From positions 62,001-126,000 of IMG/VR virus record IMGVR_UViG_3300028654_000001: DNA of 64,000 nucleotides; one strand, given 5' to 3'. A program made the position numbers and the translations under genes. Under the pieces are notes generated by a model. That model saw nothing but the letters and a program-made list of their open reading frames with translations. It was not told where the DNA came from and made no database searches. This document shows positions 50,474 through 59,596 of the stretch, piece by piece. Position 1 is the first letter of the stretch; each line of letters opens with the position of its first letter.

Positions 50474-50950
50474 TCATTGCACTATAGATTGAACTAAGGG
50501 CTCGTCAGTTTCAGTTTCGTTCGAGGGTTCCTCATCTATCTCTAGGAGCCGTTCGAACCTAGTGGGGCGAGGACCGTCATACTCTTCTGAGCTGGCCTCA
50601 ACTCCATGGCGGCTGTTGAGGAAGTCACAGAGCTCGAACAGCTGCTTTCGCATAGCCATGATGACTGGACTGAAGCGTTCCTCATCTGGGAGGAGGTTGA
50701 TGAAGTTCTCGAGCTCGATGACGAATCTTCGGATATCTCTTGAGGAAGACCAGAACCTCTTGATTTTCTCAAGCTTATTCTGTGATGCCTGCACCATAGC
50801 AAGAGCTATCTTGATCCTACCCTCCTTGGAGATGATCAACTGCTCTAGTGAGGTGAGGAGCTTTCGAGTACTCTCTGGAGGGCCGCTAGACTTATCCTTG
50901 ATGTCTCTGGTGGCGTACCATTCAAGGTATCTTTGAAAGTGAGGTTCCAC
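50474..50950 (-). CDS. Four-member paralog family protein with PTRFERLL tag
   Basis: RYLEWY...KEGRIKIA...PDEERFS; GPRPTRFERLL; AGGAG RBS. Confidence 0.75.
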   Translation of the reverse strand: MEPHFQRYLEWYATRDIKDKSSGPPESTRKLLTSLEQLIISKEGRIKIALAMVQASQNKLEKIKRFWSSSRDIRRFVIELENFINLLPDEERFSPVIMAMRKQLFELCDFLNSRHGVEASSEEYDGPRPTRFERLLEIDEEPSNETETDEPLVQSIVQ

Positions 50951-50972
50951 AGGAACTCCTTAAAGCGAGATA

Positions 50973-51160
50973 GGGCAGCCCGGAGGTCAGCAACACGTTA
51001 TTGCTGGTTCGGACTGCCCGCCGAATCGGAACCTTTCGGATCACCGACTACCTCTCCGGCTTCCTCGGACTAAGACTCACTACCTATTTTTGCCCTCCGA
51101 GGCCGCATTGAAATCCCGGCCCAGGTCGTAGATTCCCGGACAAGAAGCAATGCCAGGTGG
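50973..51160 (-). ncRNA. Structured non-coding region (ncRNA or 5' leader candidate)
   Basis: Long hairpin 50973-51019 and further stems; TTGACT-N18-TAGGGT upstream on the minus strand. Confidence 0.35.
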
Positions 51161-51287
51161 CAACCCTAGCTCTTGATACTGGATTTAGTCAAGAACTTTC
51201 AAAACCAACCCCGAATTTTTTATCTTTGGAAGGAATTAAGTGGAGACTTGGCATCCTAGAACGTAATACTCCATAAAGGAGGCATAA

Positions 51288-51656
51288 ATGCCTAAAGGTA
51301 AGACTGTAATCACCAACCCTAACAAATGTAGGTGCGGAGACCCTGCGTGTGAGGGACTTCACCAGTTCAATGAGAGTATGTTCCTAATGATTAAGGAACT
51401 ATTTCTTCGTGAGACTCAGAAGTACATGTCCGAAAAGGGGTTTGACAGCTCCTCTGACCTCGGGCATCGAGTACAGCTGGCAGCTGCAGATGCTCTTTTG
51501 AGTTTTGCTAGTAATGCCTACTACTTCAATCAGGGTCTAGCATCGAGAGCTGTTGACCAAGTACTGACTACGATAGAGAACTTGAGCGAGAGCTTGGGGG
51601 CAGTAGATGCTGCTGGACACCCAGTAGCATCTACACTTCAAGGTGGGCATAACTAA
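51288..51656 (+). CDS. Hypothetical protein
   Basis: Class-1-like promoter 51241-51269, AAGGAGG RBS. Confidence 0.75.
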   Translation: MPKGKTVITNPNKCRCGDPACEGLHQFNESMFLMIKELFLRETQKYMSEKGFDSSSDLGHRVQLAAADALLSFASNAYYFNQGLASRAVDQVLTTIENLSESLGAVDAAGHPVASTLQGGHN

Positions 51657-51693
51657 CCGGTTTACGTTCGTTTGTTTGTTTATTTGTTTCAAT

Positions 51694-53848
51694 GTTTCAA
51701 TGAACGGGGAGCCCTTCGGCTCCCCATCTGTTCTAACTTGATAAACACCAACCAACATCGCCTGGACGTGGGCGTCTGCGTTTCAATGAACGGGGAGCCC
51801 TTCGGCTCCCCTCACACCGGTACTCACCGTACCACCGGTCGCGCATGTTTCAATGAACGGGGAGCTCTTCGGCTCCTCTCACCTCGTACAGGGCGTCGAG
51901 AACGCTTAACCTTGGGTGACTTCACCAAAGGTTGGTTTCAATGAACTGGAAGCCCTTCGGCTTCCCTCACCGTACTTCATCCCCACTATCCCTGTGGTTA
52001 CTGCTTTGTTTCAATGAACGGGGAGCTCTTCGGCTCCCCTCACCTTGCTGCAGTGCGACAATTCAAATCCGACGTTTCGTTTCAATGAACGGGGAGCTCT
52101 TCGGCTCCCCTCACCGAGAAAGGCTTGTTGTTTTGTCAATCCGTTCCCAAGTTTCAATGAACGGGGAGCTCTTTGGCTCCCCTCACTCAAGATGTCTGGG
52201 ACCGTTACCAGGACGCGGAATTGTTTCAATGAACGGGGAGCCGAAGGGCTCCCCTCACTTTTCGGGGTAATGGGCTCCGGTGATGCTTTTATCGTTTCAA
52301 TGAACGGGGAGCCCTTCGGCTCCCCTCACACACCTTACCGCGGATGAGCTGCAACAGTACTTAGGTGTTTCAATGAACGGGGAGCCCTTCGGCTCCCCTC
52401 ACCTACCTGAGGCCAGGCTCGAACCCGCAAAGGAGAGTTTCAATGAACGGGGAGCCCTTCGGCTCCCCTCACCAAATAGACTTGGTTCCCCCTCCTCTTC
52501 GATGGCTGTTTCAATGAACGGGGAGCCCTTCGGCTCCCCTCACCCGGTTTTTTTCCGCCTGAGCCCGCGGATGATGATGTTTCAATGAACGGGGAGCCCT
52601 TCGGCTCCCCTCACCGACCGCTTCTTTTACGGACATTTTGATGGTTTCAATGAACGGGGAGCCGAAGGGCTCCCCTCACGATACAGACGCACTGGTTGCC
52701 AGTGTTGCTGGGACACCGTTTCAATTAACGGGGAGCCGAAGGACTCCCCTCACTTCGAGGGCAAATCGGTCCGGGCATTTAGCAAGTCGCGTTTCAATGA
52801 ACGGGGAGCTTTTTGGCTCCCCTCACTAGTGTCGCAAGGGTATGGATTGGAAGAGCCAGTTGTGTTTCAATGAACGGGGAGCTCTTCGGCTCCCCTCACG
52901 AACATGAACTATTGAACGCTCTCCTCCTTAGGCTGTTTCAATGAACGGGGAGCTCTTCGGCTTCCCTCACTCAGAACCGCCCAACTCGAACTTGATGGGG
53001 TCAACACGTTTCAATGAACGGGGAGCCCTTCGGCTTCCCTCACGAAGCAGAACGCTATTACTCGTCGGAGCCCCAGAGGTTTCAATGAACGGGGAGCCCT
53101 TCGGCTTCCCTCACGAAGCAGAACGCTATTACTCGTCGGAGCCCCAGAGGTTTCAATGAACGGGGAGCCCTTCGGCTTCCCTCACCTTCAGTAGGTCCCT
53201 TGAGGTCCTTTTCCATTCACGGAGTTTCGCGTTTCAATGAACGGGGAGCCCTTCGGCTCCCCTCACTGCGTGAGGGGACATCTAGCGGTTCCTTCTTTGG
53301 ATGTTTCAATGAACGGGGAGCTCTTCGGCTCCCCTCACAATCACGTCGAGGTCACGTCCACAGAGTACTAGATCGTTTCAATGAACGGGGAGCTCTTCGG
53401 CTCCCCTCACGACAACGGCAGTAGTCTGCTTGTCTATCCAACCGGTTGTTTCAATGAACGGAGAGCTCTTCGGCTCCCCTTCGGCTCCCCTCACTGGTAA
53501 TTAGCGCCAAGCTTGGCCTTTGGATTGGGAGTTTCAATGAACGGGAAGCCCTTCGGCTCCCCTCACCAGGGCGGATCGAACGCGAGCCAAGGTGGATCGA
53601 TTGGTTTTAATGAACGGGGAGCTCTTCGGCTCCCTTACTGAATAGGTTTGCTAAACCTCATAATTTCAATGAGCAGACCTTTTGATGATCCTACCGAAGT
53701 TCGTTTCAAGTCATTCCAAGCCGCATATGTTTCAATGTTTCAATGTTTCAATGAACGGGGAGCCGAAGAGCTCCCCTCACCTAACATGGGGGACCCGTTG
53801 GATTGTGACTTCGTTTCAATGAACGGGGAGCTCTTCGGCTCCCCTCAC
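51694..53848 (-). CRISPR. CRISPR array, repeat A (GTGAGGGGAGCCGAAGGGCTCCCCGTTCATTGAAAC), about 29 repeats
   Basis: 36-nt repeats with mostly 29-40-nt spacers; many variant repeats; degenerate distal end at 51694. Confidence 0.97.
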
Positions 53849-53893
53849 TTATCAACTCGGCTACCCCTGAGCCTGTCAGATGGGGGTTTGTTT

Positions 53894-54366
53894 GTTTCAA
53901 TGAACGTGGGGATCTTTTGATGATCCCCACCAGGCGAGTGAGCACTACCTGCGATGGTTAGCACCCGTTTCAATGAACGTGGGGATCTTTTGATGATCCC
54001 CACGCATCAATGGGCAGACTTCGCCCTTCGTGAGGGGTTTTTCAATGAACGTGGGGATCTTTTGATGATCCCCACTATGAGTCACCCGGCGTTTTCGGAA
54101 CTGCTTAGGTGTATTTCAATGAACGTGGGGATCTTTTGATGATCCCCACGCACCTGCTAAATCGAAAGCCCCACCCATTGCAACGTTTCAATGAACGTGG
54201 GGATCTTTTGATGATCCCCACCTACGATCTCCATGCTGATGACTCATGCTCGGAATGGTTTCAATGAACGTGGGGATCTTTTGATGATCTCCACACACGG
54301 ACCCGCTATATTGTAGGACGCTGGATCGATCACCAATGAACGTGGGGATCTTTTGATGATCCCCAC
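53894..54366 (-). CRISPR. CRISPR array, repeat B (GTGGGGATCATCAAAAGATCCCCACGTTCATTGAAAC), 7 repeats
   Basis: 37-nt repeats contiguous with array A on the leader side. Confidence 0.95.
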
Positions 54367-54560
54367 ACCCCTAGTTTCAATAGAGTAAAGACATCTGTTA
54401 CTTATGATTCAGTTTGCGAGAGGTTAGCTACCTGTCTAGTAGGCGGGTAGCTCTATACCGACCCCCACTTCAGTAGATCAATTTTCAAGGACCAAGTGAT
54501 ATGCGAGAGGCTAGGGAGTATCTGTTACCACCTAGCCTCTCGCATACCCGAACTAGTACA
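54367..54560 (-). promoter_or_regulatory. CRISPR leader for arrays B/A
   Basis: ATGCGAGAGG...CCTCTCGCAT inverted repeat plus TTGAAAATTGAT, shared with the array C leader. Confidence 0.75.
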
Positions 54561-54600
54561 GATCCTACCATGTGACGAGGATCTGTACCTCAATGCTGGT

Positions 54601-55128
54601 TTAGCCAGAACCAACCCCTTGATTTCCCCAAGTTATCTGATTTGGAGGGTGTACAATCATCGGAAGGTTATCTGGGTTACCATCGAACATCGACTCACCT
54701 ATTGGATACAGGGTGTCTTCCGAATAGCACAGTCCAATTTCATAATGATTACCACCAGCGCACCCGCCTCCAACACCGATTACTGCATAGACATGACCGA
54801 AGTCAATACCACTTGCTTGGATGAGTTTTTGAGCCCACCCAACCACAAGAGTTTTTTGGGCTTCATCAAAACCATCATCTAGGAAGCTTAGCTTGTCACC
54901 TTCGGGTATGACTCTAAGGTGAAACAACCGGTCTTTTCTTGAATCCACTAGTACCTGGGCCTCGTTGGTGAGCACCTCAGCTATTTCTGGAATGTTGGTT
55001 GTGTCAAGGTAGTAGACAACGGTGTCTGGTTCTCGACCAAAGTAGAATCCTTCATCGACCAGGTACTTGTCTGTTAGAAGCCAGTGTATTTGGATCTCAT
55101 TCATGACTTTTACCCTGTGTACAACCAC
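54601..55128 (-). CDS. Unknown protein, last gene of the cas operon
   Basis: Overlaps 55110..55349. Confidence 0.65.
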   Translation of the reverse strand: MVVHRVKVMNEIQIHWLLTDKYLVDEGFYFGREPDTVVYYLDTTNIPEIAEVLTNEAQVLVDSRKDRLFHLRVIPEGDKLSFLDDGFDEAQKTLVVGWAQKLIQASGIDFGHVYAVIGVGGGCAGGNHYEIGLCYSEDTLYPIGESMFDGNPDNLPMIVHPPNQITWGNQGVGSG

Positions 55129-55349
55129 CGGCTTGACTGGTCTGGGTTGCTACTGGGGGGTACCTGACCGTGGTCTAACTTCTCCTTGATCCTGCAGATG
55201 GCAATGCCAGCTGCGGCCTGTTGAGGGCGAACTCCAAGAGCTTTGGCCAACTGCTCAGTACTGAACTTTTTGTGCTTCTTGGCGAACTCCAAGACTCGGT
55301 TTGCATCCAATCGATCACTAGTTTTTGAACTCTTCTTACGCGCTGCCAT
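55110..55349 (-). CDS. Small winged-HTH protein
   Basis: FSTEQLAKALGVRPQQAAAGIA. Confidence 0.7.
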   Translation of the reverse strand: MAARKKSSKTSDRLDANRVLEFAKKHKKFSTEQLAKALGVRPQQAAAGIAICRIKEKLDHGQVPPSSNPDQSSRWLYTG

Positions 55350-55352
55350 TGA

Positions 55353-56105
55353 TTACCTATCCCATCTCGCCTTGTAGGCGGTTACCATTCCTGCTCTGAA
55401 GAACAGGCGAAGTGTTGCCATTTGTGAGAACGTCTTCCCATCACAATGGTAAAGCTGAAAGTTACTCATCAAGTCACTCACATTGGTAGCAGACCCAACC
55501 CACCCCTTGGATTTCAACTTATTGACCCAAAACTCAGCTTGTTTTTCTTTACTTCTGATCAGATCCCCACCCAACGTTGACTTTTGAACATAGGCATTCG
55601 TAATAACTGCACAGCACTTCAACGGCCCCTTGACTGTAGGTTCCACAACACCATCGACTATGCTGTCAATCTTGTCCACCCAATAATGGTGCCCGAGCTC
55701 GCCGGTGTCGTCAAAATTGAATATCCCGATTGGTCTAGTTGGTGTATTTTCACACAACTTTGAGGCCCGAGCATAACCGTCTGGTTGATACCCATACCTG
55801 AAAAGTATGTCTTTACCAACAGGGCCGCTGTACAGATCAAGATTCCTCTCGTACTCTAACCCTCTAAGTCGACAAATGACCTCTAGGTTGCAGTCAACTC
55901 CAATGAAGTCTCTGTCATCGGTCAGATACTTTCGAATCATGTTAAAAAACTGCCAACCTGAGTAACCTAGTAACTCATAGTAGGAGCAGATTAACTTACC
56001 TCCTGACCAGAGAGGCTTCAGCCTTGGATCTAGGAAAAATGTGCGGTTCATTCGCCACCAGGGGTCCTTGTCAAAAGGGCCTGATTCAGGATTACTCTTC
56101 TTCAT
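55353..56105 (-). CDS. Cas-associated protein, possible SAM-dependent methyltransferase fold
   Basis: YYELLGYSG (motif I-like), FIGVDCN (motif II-like), IFNFDDTG; ATGA-coupled to the helicase. Confidence 0.45.
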   Translation of the reverse strand: MKKSNPESGPFDKDPWWRMNRTFFLDPRLKPLWSGGKLICSYYELLGYSGWQFFNMIRKYLTDDRDFIGVDCNLEVICRLRGLEYERNLDLYSGPVGKDILFRYGYQPDGYARASKLCENTPTRPIGIFNFDDTGELGHHYWVDKIDSIVDGVVEPTVKGPLKCCAVITNAYVQKSTLGGDLIRSKEKQAEFWVNKLKSKGWVGSATNVSDLMSNFQLYHCDGKTFSQMATLRLFFRAGMVTAYKARWDR

Positions 56106-58501
56106 TGGTCGCTCGACTCCCCGCTAACTAGAGCACAGGCCTCTTCAAGAGTTAGACCTTCAGGTAGTTTTTTACCAACTAACCTGCGTAGGTACTTATA
56201 GACAGGGCACCTTCTTCCATGAGACTCCCTGAAGGCTTCTCTATTAGCAGCCACCACCTCATGGTAGTGATCAGTCCACTTATCAAGTTTCTCTCTCCAC
56301 AACTCACCGTACTTTCGTTTGATGGCCCATTGACGGAGCCCTCCAACAAGTACAGGCCCAAAAGCACCCCTCTTTAGGAACGAGTGGCAAGTGGCAAATG
56401 TATAGGTACTACTAGGAGTCAACTTATCCAGTATGTCCGGGCATCTCTCATTGAGTTCAAGAAAGTTATCATAGTATTGTTCCATGTCACTCATGGACTT
56501 TGGTATACACTTTGAGGATATACCACCAAACTTAGAACCCCAGTAAACTAAGTCAACAGATCCAAAGTTATGAAGGGAGTCCGATTGAGTCTTTATCTTG
56601 AACTCCTCACACAAGGCATCCAGTTCTTCTAGTAGGTCTGGGTTATTTGGATCCCTAGCTCGGGTCCTGCGGATGAAAGCCCCATCTAACTTGGGGGAGT
56701 CAGTACTCTCCATCAGACGTTGTATAATAGCCTCATTCAAAGCCTGATCATCAACCTCGATGTACTTTTTCCCGGCTTCCTCAACTTTAGGGATGGCAAC
56801 AAACTTCTCATACACTCTGGCCAACTTCCTGGGGTTGACATCAGCGTCATCCTCTGTTTTGACTGACTCCCACCACTTAAGGGCTTCTCCCACCAGTAAC
56901 CTGGCGTGAAGAGCCTCCTTTGGTTTCACCTGATTCTTTAGGATTGTGTCGGTAACATCGTGATTGAGCTCATTCAGTATGCCGTGCTTCTTGAACACAC
57001 TAATAATCAAGGATATGTTAGAAAGTCCCACCATGGTGGCCAGGGTACTGAGAAGACCCATCAAATATGGGCTACTCTCTTTTTGAGGCGCTGTGATGTA
57101 TACTTGTTTCGACACCCCTTGCCATTTCTCTGGGTAACCCTTGATAGTAGGTACCGCTGTTTTACTGTAGTCACGCTTTCCATTCTCATCCAACTCTATA
57201 TCTAGACGTAGTCTCATGAGACGACCAGGCAACTGTGCTGATAGTACCTCTGACTGTGGGATACCAATGGATATCCCAAGGCACCTGCAAGGGGAATCCA
57301 GCCCTTCAGTAGCTCTCTGGATGGCTAGTATGACAGGATTTTTTTGTATGTCAGAGTAAGTTACACCAGTTATCCTCTCTTTTTCAATGAGATCAGTCAA
57401 CTTATTGTTGCCGCCGAATCCTATGGCATCAACAACATCGACTCCAAACGGCTCCTTCTTGAAAGCCTCTCGTTGTGCAACCCTGAGATCCTCATTAGTG
57501 CTAGCTGGGCAAAAACAACAAGACCTAGAAACTGTAGGTACACGGCCATGCCTATCCCAAATGTCGACCACCTCTTGTGCTAAACCACCGATTTTTTCCG
57601 CCTTAGCCATCAGCATTTCCTGATCAGACTCGGAATCTGGTAGATCTCTCAAGGTGAGATTATCGCTCTGAACTAGTTCAAATTCTAGCCTTTCCGGCGC
57701 AAAACCCCTCAGCATCATTTCAGGGAGAGTTCTCTCAAGAACTAGTGTATCCTTAATGCTTACTTGGCTACCATCCCTCCAAAACCCCGAAGTATATTCA
57801 TTCCACGTTATCTCACGAGTATTTGGTGGCTTCCTGTCAGCTCTGAAGTTCGTTGCGGTAAGCCCACAGCTTGCTGTTGAACCTTGTTCAATTAGATTAG
57901 TTTCAAGATCTCCAAGATCAGTACCCTTAGTGGCTGCGTGGTGCTTCTCATCAGGAATCAGGAGAAGCCTTTTTTTGGAGCCCCTCTTAAACTCTTCCAT
58001 CAGTACTTTTTCGGCTTTTACAAACAACTGATGAGTTACCACGAGAATATTAGACTTCTTTGGAGCTGTAAGAAACCTCCCTAACACATCAAAGAGCTTA
58101 GGTGTATCATCGGAAGTAACTGCTACGACTTCAGGTGTCGTTCGCACCACCCCATTCTTACCTACCCTCTTGTACTTTTCCTGCTTGTACTTTTTCGGAT
58201 TGTCCTTTTCCGGTTTACCCCTAAATTGCTTAACAATGTTACTTTGAGGGGCTACTATCAAGATGTGTGTGAAGGGGTTGTTCTCGGAAGCTAGTATCTC
58301 GGAAGCAATAACCTTGGCTTCTAATGACTTTCCAAGACCAGTACCCCACCAAAGTACCACCCGCTCCTGACCCGCTAGGAGAGCTTGAACGGCCTTACCC
58401 ATATCCTCGTCTTGATAGTATCGTAGGGGTTTTGGAGCTTCTTCGTCACAAGGCGTCAAGGTCCTGACTTGCTTGTATTGTAATGTCTTTGGCATGGGCA
58501 C
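56102..58501 (-). CDS. SF2 DExH helicase without HD nuclease domain (not canonical Cas3)
   Basis: GTGLGKS (Walker A), IPDEKHH (Walker B), GLTAT, ATEGLDSP, QLPGRLMR; helicase core starts within about 25 aa; about 300-aa unknown C-terminus. Confidence 0.85.
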   Translation of the reverse strand: MPMPKTLQYKQVRTLTPCDEEAPKPLRYYQDEDMGKAVQALLAGQERVVLWWGTGLGKSLEAKVIASEILASENNPFTHILIVAPQSNIVKQFRGKPEKDNPKKYKQEKYKRVGKNGVVRTTPEVVAVTSDDTPKLFDVLGRFLTAPKKSNILVVTHQLFVKAEKVLMEEFKRGSKKRLLLIPDEKHHAATKGTDLGDLETNLIEQGSTASCGLTATNFRADRKPPNTREITWNEYTSGFWRDGSQVSIKDTLVLERTLPEMMLRGFAPERLEFELVQSDNLTLRDLPDSESDQEMLMAKAEKIGGLAQEVVDIWDRHGRVPTVSRSCCFCPASTNEDLRVAQREAFKKEPFGVDVVDAIGFGGNNKLTDLIEKERITGVTYSDIQKNPVILAIQRATEGLDSPCRCLGISIGIPQSEVLSAQLPGRLMRLRLDIELDENGKRDYSKTAVPTIKGYPEKWQGVSKQVYITAPQKESSPYLMGLLSTLATMVGLSNISLIISVFKKHGILNELNHDVTDTILKNQVKPKEALHARLLVGEALKWWESVKTEDDADVNPRKLARVYEKFVAIPKVEEAGKKYIEVDDQALNEAIIQRLMESTDSPKLDGAFIRRTRARDPNNPDLLEELDALCEEFKIKTQSDSLHNFGSVDLVYWGSKFGGISSKCIPKSMSDMEQYYDNFLELNERCPDILDKLTPSSTYTFATCHSFLKRGAFGPVLVGGLRQWAIKRKYGELWREKLDKWTDHYHEVVAANREAFRESHGRRCPVYKYLRRLVGKKLPEGLTLEEACALVSGESSDQ

Positions 58502-58561
58502 TCACCGAGTCAAGGGAGCAACTAAGGCCCCCTTGACTCCAAATGCTAACAGATCTGATGG

Positions 58562-59500
58562 TTAACCGTCAACTATTTCGATCTCAATCCCCTTTTCGGA
58601 AAGGCCGGAGGTGTCGATTGTGATGTCGTAGTCGTCAACCGAGCTCGGAGGGGGTAGCTCCTTGCCCGTCTGGTTCTTTCTGGTAACTTTGACTCTCCGC
58701 ATCAGGCTTGCGGCCGATTCCTTGCCGTTTGCATCAGGGTGCCGAAAGACAATCATCTTGTGGAAGTGATTGTTGGGCCTGGTTGTGGACCGGAATAGGT
58801 CATAGGACTCCCGAGCGTAGTCAAAAAAGTCAGTGAGATCACCGTAGGTGGTTCCCAAACGAGAGGCGCAGAACGGATTGACGTGGATGTTGGTTCGGAA
58901 CAACCCAAAGGATATGACTGGGATCTTACCCATGGTTCGCTCCTTGTCGATATCCTCCTCCTTGGACACGGCGCCGCGGGTGATGGACAGGTTCATGATC
59001 TCGACACGTTCAGCAGTTTCCCCGAAGCACACTTGGATGGGTCCAGTCACTTGTTCGTTGATCGGATTTGTCAGGGCTCCACCGAACCAGCAAACATCAA
59101 TGTACTTAGTCATCATTTTTACAGCGGCTTCCTTCACATCTCGAGATGACATCTTCGGGTCCGACTCTTTATCACCCTTGGCGCCTTTACCCTTGGCGCC
59201 CTTGGTGTCGGAATAGAGATCCCCACAAGCCTCCTTCATCTTGGTGGATAGGGGTAGACCACCGCGAGCGATGTAGACCTCCCTTCCATGAAGTTGTGCC
59301 GTAGCACGCACCCAGCTCTTGAAACACATGGGTGTCTTGATTCCGTTACCTGTTGACGGATCAACTCGTTGCATGTTGTCGTTATCTGGATCTCCATTGC
59401 CGTTGGATAGCTTGGAGTAGTCAATAAAGACAACATCATGCCGGCGATCAATAACTTTTTCACGGTCAAACTGTTTCATAGTATACATCCGATCTTTCAT
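58562..59500 (-). CDS. cas7: Type I-C Cas7 (Csd2)
   Basis: SNGNGDPDNDNMQRVDP, YIDVCWFG, QVTGPIQVCF, SITRGAV..E, ERTMGK. Confidence 0.93.
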   Translation of the reverse strand: MKDRMYTMKQFDREKVIDRRHDVVFIDYSKLSNGNGDPDNDNMQRVDPSTGNGIKTPMCFKSWVRATAQLHGREVYIARGGLPLSTKMKEACGDLYSDTKGAKGKGAKGDKESDPKMSSRDVKEAAVKMMTKYIDVCWFGGALTNPINEQVTGPIQVCFGETAERVEIMNLSITRGAVSKEEDIDKERTMGKIPVISFGLFRTNIHVNPFCASRLGTTYGDLTDFFDYARESYDLFRSTTRPNNHFHKMIVFRHPDANGKESAASLMRRVKVTRKNQTGKELPPPSSVDDYDITIDTSGLSEKGIEIEIVDG

Positions 59501-59596
59501 CTAATTGAATGGGGACTAACCCCAGTTCATGTAAGTTACTCTTGCTTCAATTATCGGGATACAAAGTCTGTACCCCACACATCCTAATTCAGGGGT

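Noticed and set aside
274-50936. Numerous antisense or overlapping ORFs (e.g. 3810, 8181, 18225, 37444, 44208, 58848)
   Set aside because: Shadow frames of better-supported genes, with no motifs or start signals
2112-50950. PTRFERIL as a DNA-level repeat, attC-like site or DGR target
   Set aside because: Third-position variation is synonymous, there is no palindromic DNA consensus, and no integrase or reverse transcriptase is in the window
51672-54139. ORF-track proteins with repeating FNERGALRLPS / VSMNGEPFGSPH
   Set aside because: Translations of CRISPR repeats; the same applies to the ORFs at 62281-63572
56102-58501. Calling the helicase cas3
   Set aside because: No HD domain at either end and no adjacent HD gene
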